From positions 3,596,001 through 3,660,000 of the forward strand of contig OZ024751.1 in assembly GCA_964016885.1 (NCBI GenBank): 64,000 nt of DNA, written 5' to 3'. The position numbers and the translations under genes are program-made. Shown piece by piece: positions 1 to 14,347 of the stretch. Position 1 is the first letter of the stretch. The number at the start of each line of letters is the position of its first letter. The notes beneath the pieces were generated by a model, which did not search any database, was not told the DNA's origin, and worked only from the letters and a program-made list of their open reading frames with translations. The stretch is from Eledone cirrhosa. Lineage: Eukaryota.

Positions 1-850
1 GCAAAGTCAAGGTCAGTGAGATGTTTAGAGGGGTGCCTAGAGCTCATGCGGGGTTTGATGGTTATACCCTTGTTATTGTCTTGTCAATTGAGAGTCTCAG
101 AGCGTAGTCTATTGCAATGATAAAAAGGAATGGGACAAGAGTGTCACTCTGTAGCACTCCTGCTGTCAAAGGACTTTGTTGGGCCATCAGGGGTGAGGAT
201 AGTGACATTTGTGTTGAGATACAGAGCCTTAATTGCTTCCAGAAGTCTTGCCATACAAGGGTAGAATTTCAAACAGAATGTCTCTGTTTATGCTGTCAAA
301 AGCTTTTCTAAAGTCAACAAAAACTAAAGCCATTTCTCTGTTGGAGTTTCTCATCTCCTCCACTACTCTTCTCAAGGCCAAAATCTGTGTAAGTGTAGAT
401 CTACCACGCCTAAAACTGTTTTGGTTGATGCGAAGGATTGGATCAACATACGGAACTATACGGTTGAGGATTAGCATGTTGTCGATCTTGGCAGCAATGG
501 GCATAAGTGATATTCCTCGGTAGTTTGTGGAGAATGAGAGGTCACCGTTTTGGGGGACAGGAACTATGCCTGCTTTTAGCCAACTTGTTGGGGGAATTTT
601 GTTGCTTAAGGTGTCGTCCCAGATTGATAATAGGACAGAAGTAAGGTTTGGGTCTTTCCAAATTATGCTGGGCGTGTTGCCGAGACCGTGTAATTTTTTG
701 GCTTTTAAGTGTTTTGATCACCTGGTTGATTTCAATCAAGGTGAAAAGTCCAGTGGTAATTTTTTAAATTCTGCATTGATATTCCACCACTCCAACAAAC
801 TTTTAATTTTTAACGTTTCAGTCTTTTTAAATTCACGTACATTATAGTAA
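1..850 (-). pseudogene. RTE/RTE-X-like non-LTR retrotransposon reverse transcriptase fragment (frameshifted, runs off window start)
   Basis: ORF 229-504 (-) reads LILNRIVPYVDPILRINQNSFRRGRST..QILALRR..E......LVFVDFRKAFDSI, the RT subdomain 2-3 motifs of RTE-like LINEs; continues in other frames. Confidence 0.85.
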
Positions 851-902
851 TATAGATACAAGCTTTTCTTTCTTTCTTCTTCCTATATATACATATATAT
901 AT

Positions 903-1302
903 AACCTAATAATTATTTAAATCTACCTAGCGTCTAAAAATAACGTTTTCTTTTCAGCCCTACGCCTCAACCTCATTTGCATATTCATCAAAATAATTTG
1001 AAATATTTGTTTTTTCCTCTCTTCCCCTTTTTCCTTTTACTATCCTGGTAAAAGTTGAACCGTGAAGGTCTCGTTCCTGGATATGTCAATATTTATAAAA
1101 CAAACTTTGTATTTTATCTGATGATGGCGTACCAAAGTTTTGGTACCCTTGAAATATATATAATAGAATAAATATGGTTTTATAAATATAGTATTCATTT
1201 ATTAATATCATTTATATTATGCTCCAGAAAACTTGTCGAGTGCTTCGAATCTGTTATAAATATACTTGTTGAATTACCAACAAATTAAATATCCCTTTCC
1301 TT
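903..1302 (+). mobile_element. Solo PLE pseudo-LTR (3' fragment), diverged relative of the pLTR of the 40679-46282 element, in (TA)n
   Basis: Shares AAATATGGTTTTATAAATATAG...TTGTCGAGTGCTT..ATCTGTTATAAATAT with 46241-46282/42300-42415; contains an HHR; TA repeats on both sides. Confidence 0.75.
1110..1170 (+). ncRNA. Minimal type I hammerhead ribozyme
   Basis: TATTTTAT-CTGATGA-tggcGTACCAAAgTTTTGGTACcctt-GAAA-TATATA-TA/ATAGAATA; stem I pairs, stem III palindromic, AATAAA at 1167-1172. Confidence 0.8.
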
Positions 1303-1415
1303 ATATATATGTATGTATATATATATATACATACACATATATATATGTATGCATGAATATATATATATGTATGTATATATATACATACACATATATATAT
1401 ATGTATGCATATGTA

Positions 1416-1499
<84 letters not shown>

Positions 1500-1554
1500 C
1501 ACATACATATATATATATATATATGTATGTGTATATATATATATATATATATAT

Positions 1555-2205
1555 ACAACTTCACATAAATACTATAAAATCTTTAACTCGCGCACCATTA
1601 GACTCTCATACTCCACTGCACCTAACATAGAACAACTAATTAGAAAACTCAACTCAGCAATACTGAATAAGTACATCCCTAATGACTCAGCGCACCTGCA
1701 TACCAACATACAACGCACTAACACGCAACCACAACCCCACCAAACAATCCAGGATTCTACTGCAAAACATAAAAATAGTTGTAACTGCACCAAACCAGGT
1801 ACGTGCCCACTGAATAACCAGTACCTAGCACGCAATATTGTCTACCGATGTACAATAAATTCCGGGACCAACAAATGGTATTACGTCGGATGTACCGCAA
1901 TTTCTTTCAAGGCTCGCCTATACCAACATCGATCTTCGATCAGGCACGAGAAAATGCGCTCCGTAACAACCCTCGCCGATAAAGCCTGGCAGCTTCGGAG
2001 GAACAATCAAGCGTTCTCCCTTGATTGGCAAATTATTGCAGCTGCGCCTGCATATCAGCAGAATCATCGATTCTGCAAGTTATGCAATTTAGAGATATAC
2101 TGCATTTTAACGTCGGTAAACAAACTTTTGAACAGCAAAATTGAACGTTCTCTATACTGTAACCATCGTTTGAAAACGACTTTTTCTTTTTTTAAATGCA
2201 TATAA
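1555..2205 (+). pseudogene. PLE linker + GIY-YIG endonuclease (C-terminal part of ORF)
   Basis: [28 protein letters not shown] (CxCx5C), [32 protein letters not shown]...CNH; homologous to 23127-24323 and 43995-44693. The N-terminal YIYI part of ORF 1405-2205 is microsatellite. Confidence 0.9.
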
Positions 2206-2615
2206 TGTTACCTTTTTACACCAACGTTTGCAAATTTCTGTCTTATATGTTTATACACTAGATATGGCTTTCTATAGTAATAGTACTAAACACTGTTTTT
2301 CTGGACCCCTTTAGAAATAACCTGCTACTATAATAGCCCTAATAACTTGTCTGTGACATTGTACCACTTTGACCCTTCTAACTAAATTTTGTCCGAACAA
2401 CACCACTAGAAGAATCTACTTCCCAGCCAACCTTAGCACGCCTCATTAAGCTAACTTCTGCCAAAACATTCTCTCTTCACAATCTCTACTAGTCTGACAG
2501 TCTTAAACCCTAAGACTCCCTCCACTTTACTCACTTCCCTCTTCCCCTTCTCTTCCTACCTCCTTCTTTATCTTTTATCTAGTGTATGAAATATTTTCAT
2601 ATCATTCTAATACAA

Positions 2616-2732
2616 AGGTCTGATGACATGGTGTGTTGGCTTACAGTGTACTTTCGGTTTTTGATAATATTTGTGTATTATTCAAATAGCGAGGTATAGG
2701 TAACTCATACACTATTGAAACAATTGTTACCT
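2616..2732 (+). ncRNA. Hammerhead ribozyme with ~90-nt extended stem II hairpin
   Basis: AGGT-CTGATGA(2620-2626)-cATGGTGTG...CATACACTATt-GAAA(2717-2720)-CAATTG-TT/ACCT, then AATAAA 2733-2738. Confidence 0.75.
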
Positions 2733-2778
2733 AATAAATTCTATATACCCGCATTTCCATTTCGTAAATTTTTTCTCC

Positions 2779-5365
<2,587 letters not shown>

Positions 5366-5563
5366 TATATATATATATAAATATATATATATATAAAAAG
5401 ATATATATAGATATAAAATCCAACGTATATAAAGATATATATATATACATGTATTTATACGTATATATATATGTATGTATATATGTGTGTGTGTGTTTGT
5501 GTGTATATGTATGTATGTATGTGTGTATATCTATATATATATCCATGTGTGTGTGTATCTATC

Positions 5564-5925
5564 TAGGGCCTGTAAATTTCCCGAGATCCATGGACGAGTT
5601 CTCTCCAGTGGTCTCTGTCCCTCATCATCGCTGCCATGTCCTGCGTCTCCAAGAGACCAGTGTCTGTCCCTAGGGAATCAACATATGTTAACCTCGGTCT
5701 TCCTCTTCCAGTGTGTTCATGCAGGGGCTCCTACAGGAGCAATGAATGCAGTGTCAATTCTGGGTGTCGGTGAGTATGTTCAGCTAACCTCAGTCTCCTC
5801 TGTGTCACTTTTGAGCTGACTTTTTGGAGGCGCCCGTACAGCTCTGAGTTCTTCATCCTCAGTGTATATTTATTAATGTTCAGACCCATTCTCAGCATTC
5901 TCGTATAGCACCCATCCACTATCTT
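5564..5925 (-). pseudogene. RTE-like LINE 3' end (RT thumb region), sense part of a 5'-inverted insertion
   Basis: DGCYTRMLRMGLNI...LYGRLQKVS..VTQRRLRLAEH..RHPE. Confidence 0.8.
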
Positions 5926-6499
5926 ACAGGCTTATGGAATCCCCAAGAAGATAGTGGACCAGATATCACTGCTCTATACCAACACCAAATCCCAAGTCAT
6001 TACACCTGATGGGATTACAGAGTTCTTTGAGATACTGGTTGGAGTGCTCCAGGGAGATACATTGGCTCCCTACCTTTTTATCATCGCAGTGGACTATTGT
6101 ATGCGCCTTGCGCTGGATAAACACCAGTACTCTGGTTTTACTGTAACACCGGCTCAGAGCAGGAGAGTTAAGGCGAAAAAGATATCGGATGCTGAATTTG
6201 CCGATAACATAGTTTTGGTGACAAACACAGCGAAGGAGGCAGAGGATTTGATGCAGGAGGTGGAGACTGGGAATGAATGAGATTAAGACGAAATATTTGG
6301 TAGAGAATATTAATAACCCAGTGAAGATTACTAATATAGGCGGGAAGCCGCTAGAATTGGTTGAGAACTTCCTGTATTTGGGGGCAAAGATTGGGAATAC
6401 GGAAGATGATGTGGTCGAGAGGAAGAGCAAAGCCTGGGCGGCGTGCCACAGCTTGAGATCGGTGTGGAAGTTGGACTTTCGTAAAGACCTGAAGATCAT
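5926..6499 (+). pseudogene. RTE-like LINE RT core, inverted relative to 5564-5925
   Basis: [16 protein letters not shown]...[16 protein letters not shown]...EFADNIVL then FLYLG..KAWAA...VWK..LKI (frameshifted). Confidence 0.85.
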
Positions 6500-6502
6500 A
6501 TA

Positions 6503-6624
<122 letters not shown>

Positions 6625-6635
6625 GTATGTATGTA

Positions 6636-7470
6636 TATAAATACAATATCGGAGAAATCTTTTTAGCGATACTCCGGCCAAATTCCAACTCACTCAACAA
6701 ACATTAGGAAATAAGTGATTATATTCCCAATTATGTGTTCGGGGTGCTAACTAAAAGTATTGCGCGGAAAATTGGCTGTATTATTTCAAATGAGACATAT
6801 CTAATATATCTCTTCCCAGACGGACGTCTCGTTTCATTATAGGACTCCTACAATTTGGGTGAAATTATACCAATTTAAGTAGGAGCTTGTATACCATCAA
6901 TAGATATATATTCAAGTGGGCTCATATCAGTGGGTGCCCCAATAATACTAATATTGATAATCTAACCAACATCAGCATTTAGCGATAATCACTTTCTGTG
7001 CCTGAGGTATCTGTCAGGTGGCCAGTCCAGCAGTTCTGAAAGAAGTGCTCGAACTGATTAAAAAAATGAGGAAGTGAATTACCGTCAAAAGAAACAATAC
7101 ATGCGCGTGACAATGAACTCTGTGAGGAATTCAGACCACGTGCTAAGAACTCAATTGGAAATTGAAAAAATATCTATGTGTGTACAACATTTGATGACAC
7201 ACGCAGATATTTCCTCGGGCAAAATAACAGAATGAGATATAAGGAACAATCAATATTCATATATAAAAAATAAACAAAGAAATGCTAACCTTATACCGGG
7301 AATTTTTTTCAAATCTGCTGCACCAAGAGTAAGTAAATAAATACAATATCGGAGAAAGCTTTTTAGCGATACTCCGGCCAAATTCCAACTCACTCAACAA
7401 ACATTAGGAGGAAATAAGTGATTATATTCCCAATTATGTGTTCGGGGTGCTAACTAAAAGTAGTCTGCGT
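6636..7470. mobile_element. Non-coding element with ~125-bp terminal direct repeats, in (TA)n
   Basis: 6638-6759 repeated at 7338-7462 (AAATACAATATCGGAGAAA...GGGGTGCTAACTAAAAGTA). Confidence 0.6.
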
Positions 7471-7536
7471 GTGTATGCATATATATATATATATATATAT
7501 GTGTATGTGTGTGTGTATTTGTATGTATATATGTAT

Positions 7537-7590
<54 letters not shown>

Positions 7591-7596
<6 letters not shown>

Positions 7597-8308
7597 GAAA
7601 TGAGCGGAACAAGCAAAATTTAAACAATCTTTCAAAATAAATTCAAAATACAATTCAAATATTTACCTATCCACATTGCTTTTACCGACGTTTTCGCCTC
7701 CAAATTTTGCTTGTTCCGCTCATTTCAATTTTATAGTTCTGGTATCTCAAATTAATACCATTGAACAACAACTGTATGATAGACACCCTATATATTTCCG
7801 TGGGTGCTTAGTACCTGTGTGGATATTGATCTCATTTTATGTATATTCTCCCATGTGTAGAGAAAAAATCCGTTGTATTTTTTTAGTAGTGTGGCAAACA
7901 GCAGGTATATAATATTCCTGCTTGTATTAACGACCAGTTCACGTGTAGGTCATGTTTACGACCCCACTCGATCTTTCATTAGCTGAAGGCAATGTATTTG
8001 ACTACTATGGGACTATATGTCCTATGTAAGGGAAAACGCTTTCTGAAGAGCCGATCTTTCCATAGGAAGTCCCTTGGATTTCCAATCTTTTGTGAGGCGA
8101 AACCGTCGGTAAAAGCAATGTGGATAGGTAAATATTTGAATTGTATTTTGAATTTATTTTGAAAGATTGTTTAAATTTTACTTGTTCCGCTCATTTCAAT
8201 TTTATAGTTCTGGTATCTCAAATTAATACCATTGAACAACAAATGTATTATAGGCACCCTATATATTTCCGTGGGTACTTAGTACCTGTGGGAATATTGA
8301 TCTCATTG
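7591..8308 (+). mobile_element. Retrozyme-like non-autonomous PLE derivative: 5' inverted segment (7591-7701) + ~1.3 tandem monomers of ~471 bp
   Basis: 7591-7700 is the reverse complement of 8094-8203; 7702-7835 repeats at 8173-8307; HHR inside; (TA)n flanks. Confidence 0.8.
8038..8116 (+). ncRNA. Type I hammerhead ribozyme (canonical core)
   Basis: GCTTT-CTGAAGA-GCC...GGC-GAAA-CCgtcGG-TA/AAAGC. Confidence 0.85.
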
Positions 8309-8397
<89 letters not shown>

Positions 8398-8400
<3 letters not shown>

Positions 8401-8500
8401 CCGTCGGGTCTTACTTGTTCCTATTACCCACTCTACTACCCTAAGTATTGAGTACTTTGGTGCGTTATGGTCCACCTGGTTCCTTACCACATTTCCTTCG

Positions 8501-8503
<3 letters not shown>
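8398..8503 (+). mobile_element. Short 3' fragment of HHR-type family F1 in (TA)n
   Basis: CCTATTACCCACTCTACTACCCTAAGTATTGAGTACTTTGGTGCGTTATGGTCCA...CCTTCGTTA, also at 9763-9882(-), 47921-48093, 48543-48758, 51472-52678, 53759-54023. Confidence 0.75.
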
Positions 8504-8555
<52 letters not shown>

Positions 8556-8607
8556 CTTGCATGTATATATATATATATATGTATGTATATATATATATAT
8601 ATAATTG

Positions 8608-8687
<80 letters not shown>

Positions 8688-8691
8688 ATTG

Positions 8692-8727
<36 letters not shown>

Positions 8728-9102
8728 TATATATATATAGTTGTTATATTAAGGTGCATTATTGGTTGTGTAAAATGGTCCAATAACTTTATGTTAGCAA
8801 TATTAAGTTCTCCAATTCCATTCAAGGGAACAGCTAGATGATGTAAAATGGAGTATAAGTATCAAAAAGAAAATCCGAAGGCAAGGTAAAATTCCAATCA
8901 TTTAATCACGACACCTTTTTACTTCACCTTCTGTGTCGGATAACACACCTGGATGAAAGGCAAAGTTAACCTCGGATGAAAGGCAAAGTTAACCTCGGCG
9001 GGATTTGAACTCAGACTGTAAAGGGACGTAACTATGCTAGAAAGCATGGCGTCCAACCCTCTACCGATACTGCCAATTCACCGATTAATAATAATAATGT
9101 CC

Positions 9103-9221
9103 GTTTACAATTGTTTCGCTACTCCATATAATGTTTCTGGATCAAATGATTTTAGTTCATGATTGATCTAGTTCAGTTGAAAATAATTAACTTAGGTACA
9201 ATTAGAGCAGCTCATCGGAAC
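9103..9221 (-). ncRNA. Hammerhead-like motif, U4C core, long loop II
   Basis: Minus strand: GTT-CCGATGA-GCTGCTCTA...TGGAGTAGC-GAAA-CAATTG-TA/AAC. Confidence 0.65.
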
Positions 9222-9399
9222 TTCAAAAGGAATATAAATAAAAATAAAATAAAAATATTGTACCTAAGTTAATTATAAAACTTGTACCTAAGTTAATTAT
9301 TTTCAACTGAACCAGATCAATAATGATCTATAATCATTTGATCCAGAAACATTATATGGAGTAGCGAAACAATTGTAAACGGACATTATTATTATTCAT

Positions 9400-9580
9400 A
9401 GGTGAATTGGCAGTATCGGTGTAGGGTTGGACGCCATTCTGTCTAGCATAGTTACGTCCCTTTACAGTCTGATTTCAAATCCCGCCGAGGTTAACTTTGC
9501 CTTTCATCCTTACGGGGTCGATAAAATAAAGTACTGTACCGGTTAATTGCTGACCTTGTGCCTAAAGTAGAAACAATTAT
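9400..9580 (+). mobile_element. tRNA-derived SINE (octopus-type)
   Basis: A-box-like TGGCAGTATCGG, B-box-like (G)TTCAAATCC, conserved GCCTTTCATCCTTACGGGGTCGATAAAATAAAGTAC domain, ATT tail. Confidence 0.8.
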
Positions 9581-9762
9581 TATTAATATTATTATTATTA
9601 TTATTCTCTACATTCCTTACATTAAACTAAAACTATGTTGACAATCTTTTAATAATGTCTTCCTTGCGAAATGTGTGGTCTTGTTTTGCTTAACTAATCA
9701 ATATATATATATCTATATGTATATATATATATATATATATGTATGTATATATATATGTATGT

Positions 9763-9882
9763 ACGAAGGAAGTGAGGTAAGTAACCAGGTGGACCATAAA
9801 GAACCAGGGTACTCGATACTTAGGGTAGTAGAGTAGGTAATAGGAAAATAGTCAGGATCCCCACGGCTGAGCTCCGGCCGTT
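9763..9882 (-). mobile_element. Family F1 3' fragment abutting the RTE fragment
   Basis: Reverse complement of the 8398-8503 family sequence. Confidence 0.65.
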
Positions 9883-11211
9883 TTGACAGCTTGGGTTAGT
9901 ATTGGTGGTAGCATCTCTGAACCAATATCAGTTGAAAATGGAGTGGAGCAGAGGGACATTCCGGCTCCAACTCTACCTTCCATATATTTTACGATAGTGT
10001 TTCTCATGGCATTCAGGAAAAATTGTTCCCATGGTATCACACTTCAGGAAGGTTGTTCAACATAAGGCGCTTTGGCGCAAGCACGAAGGTATTAACATCT
10101 ATAATCCGAGAGTTTTAGTATGCAGATGACTGCGATCTTTTTGCTCACTCACAAAGTGACATGCAGCATATTATGAACAGTTTTTCTGAAGCTTGCAGCG
10201 CATTGGGCCTCACAATAAGCTTGGAAAAGACTGTTGTGATGTATCAGCCAGCACCTGGAAAAGAATACGCTACACCAAGTATGTACGTGTACGAAAAGAG
10301 TCTAAAAGTCGCTGACAAGTTTGTTTACCTTGTTGAATAATTCATGCACACTTGATGATGAGATATCCTTAAGAATCAAAAAAGCCAGTAATGCTTTTTG
10401 ACGTCTGAATGAACGTTTATGTTCCAGACGAGGTATCACTATCGAAACCGAGGTAAAAGTGTAACTGACTTGTGTCGTCTCCTCTTTGCTTTATGCTTGT
10501 GAAACGTGGGTCACATACAGAAAGCACCTCAAGGAACTGGAGATATTTCGCCAACAATCTCTTCGTAAGTTACTGGGGGGGGGGGGTCGTCATTTATTTG
10601 GAAGTTCTCGAACAGAGCAGGTGCATGACTATAGAGAGGATGATCTTTTGGCATCGGTTGAGGTGGTGCGGACACGTGGTCTGGATGTCTAATGATCGTA
10701 TTTCAAAACAACTTCTCTACGGAGAACTGTGTGAAGCAAGGCGACCACCACACAAACCAAAAATGCGGTACCGGGACTGTATTAGGGACACTTTGGCTTG
10801 TGCTGGAATTTCATCTGACGAATCGGAGAAAATGGCTGAGGAGAGTGTGAAGTGGAGACGTTTGATCAAGCCAGGTAGTGAACATTTTGAAACTCGTCGA
10901 AGAGAACACTTAACACTGAAAAGGAAGGTGAGGAAAAGAGACTGTTCTGAACTGCCTGCTGTTGAACATCATCTGGTTTTCCAGCACTGTGATTGAGTAA
11001 AGCTGGTTTGATTAGACAGTAACTAAGTCATATCAGTAGACCTCATATAGATTATGATCTGAAAAGGTGTAAGGATTATGGCATACATGGGAGGCCTTAA
11101 AAGATATATGAGAACACACAGCCGGAACAAGGCAATGGAAAGTCCCAGAAGAGCCTACAGTTGCCATGTGTGTGCCAGAGGGTGCAACTCTTTCGCTGGT
11201 TTAAAGAGCCA
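9883..11211 (+). pseudogene. RTE (BovB-like) LINE 3' half: RT, thumb and C-terminal C2H2 zinc fingers
   Basis: NGVEQ...APTL..IYF, YADD (tatgcagatgac ~10119), LLYACETW..YRKH, RLRWCGHV..M...RISKQLLYGEL...R...KPK.RY.D, CHVCAR.C.S.AGLKSH. Confidence 0.85.
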
Positions 11212-11252
11212 TGTATGTATATATGTATATATAGTATGTATATATATGCATT

Positions 11253-11357
<105 letters not shown>

Positions 11358-11473
11358 ATTTATATATAAGAAAGTGAGGTTAAGCATCCAACACCAATTA
11401 TTTTGCTCCTCCCCAAGGTTGGAGAGGAGCAAAATAATTGGTGTTGGATGCTTAACGTTTGAAGCGAATTGCC

Positions 11474-14347
11474 ATGGAGAGATTCCAGTACTCTTCCTCA
11501 TCCAAAGACATCCTGATCCTCTCGGACAACACCTACCTTCGCTACTCATCCACCATACCAACTCCTTTGTCAGACGCATGAGATGGCGCGCCTTCCACTA
11601 CGACAACGGGAATACACAACAGACACAGGACGTCACCCGCGACCGCCTTAGGGGAATTTCAAGTCCAGACGACTCCCCCCGCACAACGGGACACCGGAAG
11701 TGCTTGAAAACCGCCTAGTATGCATCGTAAGGAACATAAAATTCAACAGGATTGCAGCGCGCGGAAACGAGTACCTGAAGGAGCTCAGCTCCAACATTAA
11801 AAGAATGGAGAGCTGCCCGGACTTACTTGTACCTTCGGATAAGCCGGGTAACATTTACAGGATGAACCACAGAACCTACGGAAAATGCATTGAGAAAGAG
11901 ATTAGGAAGTTTTATAGGATTACGGGACAGGACAACCTTGACAGAATCAACAATACGACCAAAACATTAATGACAGGACTAGAAGTAGCAGACAGGACAG
12001 AACAGTACGTACCTAGAAAACCGCGGATTTCTATCAAGGATCATAAATAAGACTTTAAGACTAACCTCCCGGTTAGACTAATAGCACCGTCCAAGTCAGA
12101 CGTAGGTAGAGCCAGCAAGAATATAAAAGATAGGATCCTGCCCACGCTTATGAATAGAAATAGACTTAGCTTATGGGCTTCCACTAAGGAGGTAATCGAC
12201 TGTTTCACAGCGCTGCCCAACAAACAGCAAGTGGACTTCGTGCAGCTAGACATAGCAAATTACTACGCTTCCATCTCACCAGTAATTGTAAACAAGGCCC
12301 TCATGAGCGCTATGGCCAGGTCCAACCTAACTAGAGAAGTGGACATCATTATAGCTGCGAGAATGGCACTCATTAGGTTTGACGGTAGATTATGGGAAAG
12401 GAGAGACAGACCCGACAGTTTTGACATCACTGTGGGCTCGAGCGACTCCGCACAGGTGATGGACCTGGTGGGAATTTATCTACTCCATAGGTTAACAGAG
12501 GAGATTCCAGGGATTGGCGGGGGGATATATAGAGACGACGCCCTATTTACCTTCCGCTCACTAAACTCTATCCAGCTGGAGCGCAAACGGAAGCGCATCT
12601 CATTTTTCTTTAAGCAGTACGGCTTATCTGTACTAATAAAAAATAGCACTAAGACAGTAAGCTTCATAGACGTATCCTTAGAACTGGATACAGGCTTATA
12701 CTGACCATATCATAAGCCCAACGAGGACCTGCAGTACGTAAACAGGCACTCAAACCACCCCAAGTCGGTTATAGATGCTATAGTAAAGGGGGTATCCACC
12801 CGTGTATACACATTGCCCGCCAACGCGGATGTGTTCAATCAGCACGTCGACTACTACAACGAGGCACTGGGTAGGGCTGGTTACACAGAAGCCATAGTGT
12901 ACACCCCGGACAAGGGCAGGCCCCATAGCGAGGAACGCAAACACCCGGATACCATTAGTAATAACATAGGCCGACACTCTACCCGTAAGCACACATATAA
13001 CGGTATAGATAGGATTATTACACACGAAAGTGATGGCAGCACGACGCATAGACAAATGAGGGCGCATGGGAACCCTAGGGACTCCAGCACATATGGACTG
13101 AACCGTAGTAACAGCACAGACCAGGACGGGGAAACCAAGGATAGTGAAGTAGATAACGCAGCACGGAAGTTTGAACACGATAGGGATAACACCAAGATTA
13201 CGAATACCAAGAATGATACGGCAGGATACTTAGGTAGCAGGACAGGGACGAGAACTAGGGCTAGTAAACGTGTCCAGAACAAGATAGTGAATGAATGCCT
13301 TTCCACAGACTTAAGTAATAGTTCTAGGCATAGGGATAGAATAGGGGATCAAATAGGAGTAGGGCATAACCCGAGAGAACAACATGACAATGCACACACT
13401 ACTAGTAGCAGACAACGAAATAGAAATAGATCTAGGAATATAACATGGTTTAATGCACCATACTCGAAGCATGTACGCACTAACGTGCCAGGTCTCTTCT
13501 TCGGGTCATTGGACGAGTGTTTCCCGACTTCACACAGGTACCACAAAATATTCAACCGACATACTGTGAAGTTCTCATTTTCCACGGCACCCAACATGGC
13601 AGACTACATGTCCAAGGCCAACGCTGTGAAAATGAGGACACCCCACCGCCAAACTTTACAGGCCTCAGACACGCCAGGGGGGGGGGGGAGGGGGCTGAGA
13701 TAAGCGCACGTGGAAGTCGCTAGTGGTTCTGGAGATGTGCCTGGAGGTGGAGCTGTGGCCGCGGAGGACTCCACACCTGCCAACAGAGACCAGCTGGTGG
13801 TGGTGAACACTGAGTCCACCACTCTGCCGGAGCACCACGGGAGGACCAGGGAGAACCCAAATAAGACGATAGGCCCCCATAAGGGGAATTACAATAATGA
13901 GGCACGGACATGTAACTGCCGTGTTGGAGAGGAGTGCCCTCTTCAGGGAATGAGCCTGACTAAGGGCGTTGACTACAGATGTGAGGTTACCACGCACAAC
14001 GATAGGCACACATACATCGGAGCTACATCCACGACTTTAAATCGAGGATGTACAACCACAAGGCCTCCTTCAAGGACAGGAAAAAGAGACACTCCACCAG
14101 ACTGGCGGACTTAGTATGGGGACTCAAAGACAGTGGCATAGAGTTTGACCTCAGCTGGAGTATTGTACAGCGCGCGAATGCGTACTCGGCCGGGGAGAGA
14201 TAGTGCAAATTATTCCTGTCCGAGGGTATAGAGATAGTAAAACTTAAGGGCGACACAGTCAACTTCAAATCTGAAATCATCATGGCCTGCAGACACCAAC
14301 CTAAATGCATGCTCTCCGCTTTAGTGATACCGGATGAGTCTACCTAA
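11474..14347 (+). pseudogene. PLE polyprotein (RT + GIY-YIG), several frameshifts and stops
   Basis: [13 protein letters not shown]..., [95 protein letters not shown]. Confidence 0.9.

Larger units (their letters stand above)
1555..2778 (+). mobile_element. 5'-truncated Naiad-type Penelope-like element (EN domain + 3' UTR/pLTR) in (TA)n
   Basis: GIY-YIG coding segment followed by 3' UTR with HHR; both ends abut (TA)n. Confidence 0.85.
8951..9603. mobile_element. Fold-back element (arms ~8974-9201 / ~9282-9509) containing an HHR and a SINE
   Basis: Arms are reverse complements including the SINE head; 23-bp tandem duplication at 8951-8996. Confidence 0.7.

Noticed and set aside
12702-12704. 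In-frame TGA in a Naiad-type ORF as possible selenocysteine (some Naiads encode selenoproteins)
   Set aside because: It aligns with a non-Cys position (Y in the paralogues), the copy has other stops and frameshifts, and the CxCx5C cysteines in all four copies are TGT/TGC
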